Origin: an uncultured Clostridia bacterium
GTDB lineage: Bacteria > Bacillota > Clostridia > Christensenellales > CAG-314
DNA length: 61,832 nucleotides
NCBI GenBank assembly: GCA_947630425.1
Contig: CANRHN010000004.1
Location: forward strand, 1-61,832
Direction of reading: 5' to 3'
The translations under genes and the position numbers were made by a program. The notes under the pieces are model-generated. The model ran no database searches and had not been told where the DNA came from. It was given only the letters and a program-made list of their open reading frames with translations. Shown piece by piece: positions 57,301 through 61,832 of this stretch; the stretch's first letter is position 1, and each line of letters opens with the position of its first letter.

Positions 57301-57450
57301 GGCTGTGGGCGGACCGTCGTAAAAGGTAAAATTGCCCTCGCCCTTTGCGGCGGTTTGCTCGAAAATTTTGTTTTCCTTCCAAAATTCGAGAATTTTCAAC
57401 TCTCTGTCGACAAAGTTCAGCGAACTGTCGACCTTGGTATACTTGGACAT
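54322..57450 (-). CDS. ileS: Isoleucine--tRNA ligase (type 2)
   Basis: YDGPPTANGKPHIGH, WDTHGLPVE, WTTTPWTLPSN, DWGISRDRYWGTP, KMSKHKGN. The long C-terminus lacks the type-1 zinc finger. Confidence 0.97.
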   Translation of the reverse strand: MSKYTKVDSSLNFVDRELKILEFWKENKIFEQTAAKGEGNFTFYDGPPTANGKPHIGHVLTRSIKDLIPRYQVMKGKKVLRKAGWDTHGLPVELEVEKQLGIDGKKQIEAYGIEPFVAKCKESVWKYKGEWEALSERVAYWADMEHPYVTYDNDYIESEWWALKTIYDKGLLYKGFKIVPYCPRCGTALSSHEVAQGYKDVKEKSAVARFELVDEPNTYFLAWTTTPWTLPSNVALCMNADFDYVTVEKDGARYILAKELVSKHFEEGSYTVVDCRKGSSYERVHYKPLFGYADVAGHDCYYVTNDSYVTLTDGTGIVHIAPAFGEDDANVGRRYGLPLVQLVGEDGRFVEGCGELTGVFCKDADKLILRDLKSRGLLQAELMFEHSYPHCWRCDTPLIYYARKSWFVKTTAIRDELIRVNNTINWIPPTIGSGRMGNFLENVIDWGISRDRYWGTPLPVWICNKCGKVHVVGSRRELAEKCGCSQDIELHRPFIDKCTWKCDCGGEFVRTPEVIDCWFDSGSMPYAQFHYPFENKELFEQNFPADFISEAVDQTRGWFYVLIAVSTLLFGKAPFKNCIVLGLVGDEHGVKMSKHKGNVVDPWDSFNKQGADAVRWYFYTASSPWLPSRYYDEAVSEMQRKFLGTLWNTYAFYVLYADIDDFDPSKYDLRKCKLTLMDKWILSEVNQLVKTVDMGLNKYEITESARAIERFTDMLSNWYVRRSRERYWGSEWTSDKEAAYMTLYTVLDALVKVAAPFVPFVTESIYQNITANCFEDAPRSVHLCDFPVADEKRINKHLNQTMEKVLDLVVSGRSARNAANVKNRQPLSRMYVATNSKIDEEMSEIIKNELNVKELVTVDSADRFADYEIKPQLKTLGPKYGKLLGKIRETLANIGSKAREIVECVKNGGKYVLDLGTDKVEVEESDLLISSKNKEGYSVVSDHGDTVALDVTLTPELIEEGTVREIVSKIQTMRKECDFVVTDHINVGYEADAHLAKVFADNAAEIANGCLADSVLPAKSGSYSKEWDVNGEKFTLHLTKAK

Positions 57451-57486
57451 GTAAGTTCTCCTTGTAAATTTTTTCCGAAATTCAAC

Positions 57487-57730
57487 AAAAAAGCGGCGCG
57501 TCAGAAAAACACGTCGCTTGACTTGTCACCATTTCCAACAGGTACGTCTGCACAGATGATCATACGTGCAGGTTATACCGTGCGCCGAGATAACGGAACG
57601 CTGCCGTACTTGCCTACTTGTTTTTCGGCAAGTCTACTTGCGAGGTGATAGCTTTCGGAGCAATGAGACGCGCCTTTCAGCAAACGGTGCGCTCTCTGTG
57701 CGCATTGACTTCCGCAGTCTTGTCCTCGCT
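57487..57730 (-). promoter_or_regulatory. T-box riboswitch leader of ileS (Ile specifier)
   Basis: On the minus strand: AGAGAG (57697-57692), GCTGA (57681-57677), candidate AUC specifier (57649-57647), antiterminator bulge UGGU-GAC (57531-57525, complementary to ACCA), and terminator AAGCGACGTG...CGCGCCGCTT followed by U-run (57519-57487). The bulge deviates from the UGGNACC consensus. Confidence 0.7.
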
Positions 57731-57799
57731 CGGACGTATTTGATATTTGTTTACTCTATTCTATCAAATTTTTTACCGCATTGCAAGCAAATTTACCAA

Positions 57800-58462
57800 T
57801 TAAAAAATTACTTCGCGGGCGCGCTGCTTGGTTTCCTCCGACGCGGAGAACGGAATACGGGTCGTATAACCTGCGCGTGCGGCGACAATCATCTTGGTGG
57901 GCCATGCAAAAATGTCGCGATTCCACTGATTTACCGTGTCGTTGTACAGCTCGCGAGCCGCCGTAATTTCCTTTTGCAGGTAGGCGTTTTGGTTCATTGC
58001 CTGCTGAATGTCCTCGTGCGCTTTTAGCTCGGGGTAGCGTTCCAACGCAACGTTGAGCTGCGCGTGCAGGTTGTCAATTTGGCTGTTTACGGCGCTGCGT
58101 TCCTCCTCGCCGATGTGTCCGCTACGCAAAGCGGCAATCTGCGTAAAGGTGGATTTGTCAAGCTCAATGGAGCGTTCCAAAATTTTTGCGGTGTTCTGTA
58201 GCACCACCACGCGCTGTTCAAGGTAGTTGTCTATCTGCGAGGCGTCGTGTTGCAGCTTTTGTTGCAGCTGTTGCAGGTAGTTTTTCGCCTTTATTTTCAA
58301 AAACAGAAACACAATGCCGGGGATGATACCCAACACCCACAGCACAATTTCAAAAATCGTGCTGCCCACGCCCACCTTGACGGGGAGCTGTTTTTGAATG
58401 ACGTTTACGTCTTTGCCTTCGGGATTTACCGGACCGGTCAATTCGTCAAGTTCGTTTGCCAT
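57800..58462 (-). CDS. lemA: LemA family protein
   Basis: N-terminal TM, ALERYPELKA, EITAARELYNDTVNQWNRDIFAWP. Confidence 0.9.
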   Translation of the reverse strand: MANELDELTGPVNPEGKDVNVIQKQLPVKVGVGSTIFEIVLWVLGIIPGIVFLFLKIKAKNYLQQLQQKLQHDASQIDNYLEQRVVVLQNTAKILERSIELDKSTFTQIAALRSGHIGEEERSAVNSQIDNLHAQLNVALERYPELKAHEDIQQAMNQNAYLQKEITAARELYNDTVNQWNRDIFAWPTKMIVAARAGYTTRIPFSASEETKQRAREVIF

Positions 58463-58546
58463 TTTTTTGTCTCCTTTTATGTTTTGTTGAAATTACATGC
58501 AAAAACACGGTTTTTGATGTCGGTTTTTGCAAAATTACCGTTGTTG

Positions 58547-60268
58547 TTACAAAATTTTTGCCTTGATACCCGCAACGAATATGGACGCGTCGCCGCACTC
58601 GGCGTTGAACTGCTCGCGCGTGATGGGCAGCGATTGCATTTCCACGTCCGTTTCCTGCTCCAATGGAACAAAAAGCGTCCAAGGCACGGGCACGTCGTAG
58701 GTTCTGCCGTTACTGCACCACACGGGCACGTAGTCCACCTGCGGAATTGCCTGAAAGCTGTGGGCGGTCACATGCGCCACGGTGGAATTTTCTCCCACGG
58801 TTGTCGAAGCCTTCAAAATGATGTCCGTAGCCGTTTCGGGGTGCGCAAACAACTTGCTGTCAAAATTGTTTGCCACTGCTTCCGCTTCCCAATCGCCTAT
58901 GTTGCTCGGCTTTTCGCAAACGCCGAATTTTTCCGCAGGCGCGTCTTGGGTGTAGAGCGGAACGGAAAACAGCGGCGCAAAGTCGAAGTACACGGAGCTG
59001 AAGTACTCGCAGTTGAATTTTACAAAATTTTCTCGCGCTTTTGCCAAATCGTAACCCACAAACGTCATGGGGTTGGCGTCCACCGCAAGGCGCGAGCTGT
59101 GCGCGGAGCTTATCACATTGACGGGTCCCGACTTTGTAAAGTAAAAATCGTCGCCGTAGGGCAAACTTCTGAGCAGCTTTACCGTGTTTTGTTGAGCAAG
59201 GGGCGTAAACATCAACCGAAATTGCAATTCGTTGTCGCGATCGTCCGCGCCGAACAGCACCTCGAACTCGCTGTTTGCAAGCTTGTTGTACGTTCCACCA
59301 TTGGAAACAGCCTCGCGCGCCTTTTTTTCCAACGCCTTTTCGCCCTTTTTGACAATGGATTCTATCTTTTTGTCGTCGGCGTTCGGCGGGACGGTCGGCT
59401 TGCGCGAAAAGTGCAATTCCGTCGCCGCGTCACAGCCGTAAAACAGGTAGGTTACGGGAGAATATACGGGCATGGGCTTTACCACCGTTGCGGTGAGCGT
59501 TTCGGAATGAGTTACCGTGTGCGAACCGTTGGAGTCGTGGACGGTCTCCGTCCAACTGACCGTGCGAAAGCCCGTGTACGTGTGCGCTTCTATGCTTTGG
59601 CGCAAAAACCTTGCAAACAAAAAGGGTCTGCCGTTGCTGTTGCCGCTTTTTACCCACAACGCCGAGCTGTCCTCGTCGTAAGCGGCAAGGGCGCAGCGTT
59701 GGTGAAAATAGTTGAGCTTGTCCTCGTCGAAGTACTTGTCAAAGCATATCTGCGGTACGGTTTTGTATATCAGCCCGTCGGGAATGTTCCAATCGTACTT
59801 GGCGTTTAGCGGTTGCATCTGCTTCCAAGCGCGCTGCTCCACTTCGGCAACGTTGGCTTTGTGCTTGTTTACAAGCTCGTCGGCAAGCCTTACGCGCTTG
59901 TTAAGCACCACGCAAACAACGACGATCAACGCCACCGCAACGGCAACGCACACGCCCAAAACAACAAGCCCCACCCACCGAAGCGGATCGCCCCACAGCA
60001 CAATGCAGGTAACAATGCCGGCAACAAAAAGCAACACGGCAAGCACAATCAAAAAAGCGCGCAAGCCCTTTTGCTTTTGCAGAGTTCGGTTGGCATTGTT
60101 AAGCTTGGCGACCTCCTTGTTCCGCTCCGCCATAAGCAATGCGTTTTCTTCCGACGACACGCCGGAAGCGCGGACCAGCTCGTCAAAGTACTGCTCGCAA
60201 AGCTCCTTGTGCTTGTCGCGAAATTCGTTAAAATAGGCATTGACAGGCTCCAAAATGGACTCGTTCAC
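58547..60268 (-). CDS. LemA-associated membrane protein, MAG1210-family-like
   Basis: ILEPVNAYFNEFRDKHKELCEQYFDELVRASGVS N-terminus, 2 TM, LANSEFEVLFGADDRDNELQFRLMFTPLAQ. Family assignment is from memory. Confidence 0.65.
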   Translation of the reverse strand: MNESILEPVNAYFNEFRDKHKELCEQYFDELVRASGVSSEENALLMAERNKEVAKLNNANRTLQKQKGLRAFLIVLAVLLFVAGIVTCIVLWGDPLRWVGLVVLGVCVAVAVALIVVVCVVLNKRVRLADELVNKHKANVAEVEQRAWKQMQPLNAKYDWNIPDGLIYKTVPQICFDKYFDEDKLNYFHQRCALAAYDEDSSALWVKSGNSNGRPFLFARFLRQSIEAHTYTGFRTVSWTETVHDSNGSHTVTHSETLTATVVKPMPVYSPVTYLFYGCDAATELHFSRKPTVPPNADDKKIESIVKKGEKALEKKAREAVSNGGTYNKLANSEFEVLFGADDRDNELQFRLMFTPLAQQNTVKLLRSLPYGDDFYFTKSGPVNVISSAHSSRLAVDANPMTFVGYDLAKARENFVKFNCEYFSSVYFDFAPLFSVPLYTQDAPAEKFGVCEKPSNIGDWEAEAVANNFDSKLFAHPETATDIILKASTTVGENSTVAHVTAHSFQAIPQVDYVPVWCSNGRTYDVPVPWTLFVPLEQETDVEMQSLPITREQFNAECGDASIFVAGIKAKIL

Positions 60269-60317
60269 AATTGTCTCCTTTGTCCGCGCTTTGGGCGCGG
60301 CTTTTGCCCTTCATCGT

Positions 60318-60346
60318 ATTTTACCACCATTGCTTTGGCTTGTCAA
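60318..60346 (-). promoter_or_regulatory. SigmaA promoter of the MAG1210-like/lemA operon
   Basis: TTGACA-17 bp-TAAAAT. Confidence 0.75.
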
Positions 60347-60455
60347 TAATTGTCGATTGAGGGGCGTCAAGTCAATCAAATCGCCTCGCGTTTGGTCGGT
60401 GGCTCTAATGGCTTGCCATAGAGCCAAAAAAAACGCCGCAAAAGCGACGTGAAAA

Positions 60456-60662
60456 CTACTGTTTTTTGTTAAGTTTGCGTTGGTTGCCTTGCTCGTCCAC
60501 AACATACACGTTGTCGAGGGTGGCTTCGGTCGCGCGCCGCCACTCCGCAATGTACTCGCGACGAAGGCGAAATTGCTCGGCTTTTTCCTCCTCCGTCAGC
60601 CCATCCGCCGTTTTGGACTTGCGCGCAAGTTCGTTTATTCTGTCGATTTTGCTCTGTTCCAT
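60456..60662 (-). CDS. DUF896 (YnzC-like) protein
   Basis: KIDRINELARKSKTADGLTEEEKAEQFRLRREYI. Confidence 0.9.
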   Translation of the reverse strand: MEQSKIDRINELARKSKTADGLTEEEKAEQFRLRREYIAEWRRATEATLDNVYVVDEQGNQRKLNKKQ

Positions 60663-60682
60663 AAGTGCCGCCTTTTTAGCAA

Positions 60683-60711
60683 ATTATACCACCGCGCCGC
60701 CCGATAGTCAA
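60683..60711 (-). promoter_or_regulatory. SigmaA promoter of the DUF896 gene
   Basis: TTGACT-17 bp-TATAAT. Confidence 0.7.
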
Positions 60712-60729
60712 CAAAAAGGGAAGGGCGTA

Positions 60730-61773
60730 TTAGTTTAGCCTGTAATATTTTGTCGCCCGTCCTGTGCCTTCGCGCCGAAGCTCCTGCATTTCCACGAGTT
60801 TGCGAAGCGCGCCCTCTATGGAGCTGACGGAAAGCGACGGACAAAGCTCCATAATGTCCTGTTTGCCAAACCTTCCTATCTTCTGTTTTGTTGCTCTCCT
60901 CACCATTTCCAAGGCCGAAATTTTCGCTTGCACCAATTCAAACCTGTCCTCAAAGTCTTTGTATGCGGAAAGAATTGTGCCGAGCAGATATTTGATGAAG
61001 GGCGTCGCGTCGTCCGCACCCTCGTGCCAACCCACTTGGCTCGCTTGCAAAGCGCGGTAGTACAAATCTTTAGTTTGGGCTATTTTGGTTTCCAGCGAGA
61101 TGTACTTTCCCACATAAAACCCGCTTTGATACAGCAAAAGCGTGGTGAGAAGCCGACTCATTCGTCCGTTGCCGTCATTGAAGGGGTGGATGCAAAGGAA
61201 GTCGTGAATGAACACGGGAATGGCGACAAGCGGTTCTACTTGGTGATTGCCGATTGCTCTGTTATATTCTTCGCAGATACGATTGAGAGCTTCGGGCGTT
61301 TCTAACGGAGCAAGGGGCGTAAACAACGTTTCCGTATGCCCGTCCGGAAAAGTTGCGGCAATATAGTTCTGAACGCTCTTTGTCCGTCCCGCATACGGAT
61401 TGTTCATGCCGTACATTACTTTGTGAAGCTGCAAAATATAATTTTGCGTGATGGGAATGACGTCAAAATTTTCGTGAATAATCTTTAACGCATCCCGATA
61501 CCCCGCAATTTCTTCTTCGTCACGATTTTTGGGCGTCGTCTTTTCAAGCGCAAGCTGCTTGAGTCTGGTGCTTGTTGTCACAATGCCCTCGATAGCGTTG
61601 GAAGCTTCGGTACTCTGTATTTTTGCGATTTCGACCAGCTTGTTGAGTTTTTCGGGCTGTTGTTTCAAGTACAATTCCTGTTTTCCCGCCTCTTTATAGA
61701 TAGCTGCAACATAACCCAACACGTCGCCATCCCACTTTTGGTCCTTGATTGCAGAGTAATTAAAATTGCGCAT
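60730..61773 (-). CDS. Fic-domain protein (class II, with N-terminal inhibitory motif)
   Basis: Catalytic HPFNDGNGRMSR, inhibitory SNAIEG (S/T-x-x-x-E-G/N) and a C-terminal wHTH-like segment. Confidence 0.9.
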   Translation of the reverse strand: MRNFNYSAIKDQKWDGDVLGYVAAIYKEAGKQELYLKQQPEKLNKLVEIAKIQSTEASNAIEGIVTTSTRLKQLALEKTTPKNRDEEEIAGYRDALKIIHENFDVIPITQNYILQLHKVMYGMNNPYAGRTKSVQNYIAATFPDGHTETLFTPLAPLETPEALNRICEEYNRAIGNHQVEPLVAIPVFIHDFLCIHPFNDGNGRMSRLLTTLLLYQSGFYVGKYISLETKIAQTKDLYYRALQASQVGWHEGADDATPFIKYLLGTILSAYKDFEDRFELVQAKISALEMVRRATKQKIGRFGKQDIMELCPSLSVSSIEGALRKLVEMQELRREGTGRATKYYRLN

Positions 61774-61832
61774 TTGCCCCCACCTCGTTGTGTTTTCCCT
61801 TATATCTTAGACAATTTTAAGGGAAAAGTCAA

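Noticed and set aside
54322-57450. ileS as an acquired mupirocin-resistance gene
   Set aside because: It is type 2 but has an ordinary HIGH motif, a native T-box and a housekeeping context with no mobile genes.
55687-59809. Plus-strand ORFs 55687..57264 (525 aa) and 58247..59809 (520 aa)
   Set aside because: They are antisense shadows of ileS and the MAG1210-like/lemA genes.
1-61832. tRNA, rRNA, transposase, integrase or prophage genes
   Set aside because: None were recognised by eye. A tRNAscan-SE, Infernal or ISEScan run would be needed to exclude degenerate copies.

Overview
Chromosomal window of a Clostridia-like (Bacillota) bacterium, probably an uncultured gut lineage (inference from gene content: spoIIID, reverse rubrerythrin, T-box-regulated ileS, alpha2-type GlyRS, ECF transporter). 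It is mostly housekeeping and metabolic: ecfA1-ecfA2-ecfT-truA, RNase P RNA, a TIGR03960/TIGR03936 radical SAM pair, hexokinase, an aroC-aroB-aroA/aroE-aroQ-aroK shikimate operon, glyQS, tex, nth-obgE-yhbY, rRNA methyltransferases, ileS, lemA and a Fic gene. The most notable feature is absent from the supplied ORF track. A single minus-strand frame, read by hand from ATG 8084 to the window edge without a stop, encodes a secreted protein of at least 2,694 aa with InlB-B-like and MBG/Ig-like repeats. Its sigmaA-type promoter (TTGACA...TATCAT) has an 18-nt poly-G tract inside a 25-bp spacer, while the other consensus promoters listed here have 17-bp spacers. This suggests a slipped-strand ON/OFF switch, apparently OFF in this sequence. 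Other points of interest are an AroA-AroE fusion, a dispersed ~31-bp palindromic repeat family, two tandem surface ComEC-like MBL hydrolases, an unannotated 35-aa rubredoxin-like gene, the uncharacterised GGGtGRT + IscU-like pair and a Mollicutes-like LemA/MAG1210 pair. No CRISPR array, tRNA, rRNA, transposase or integrase was recognised. Family names come from recalled motifs, not from database searches.
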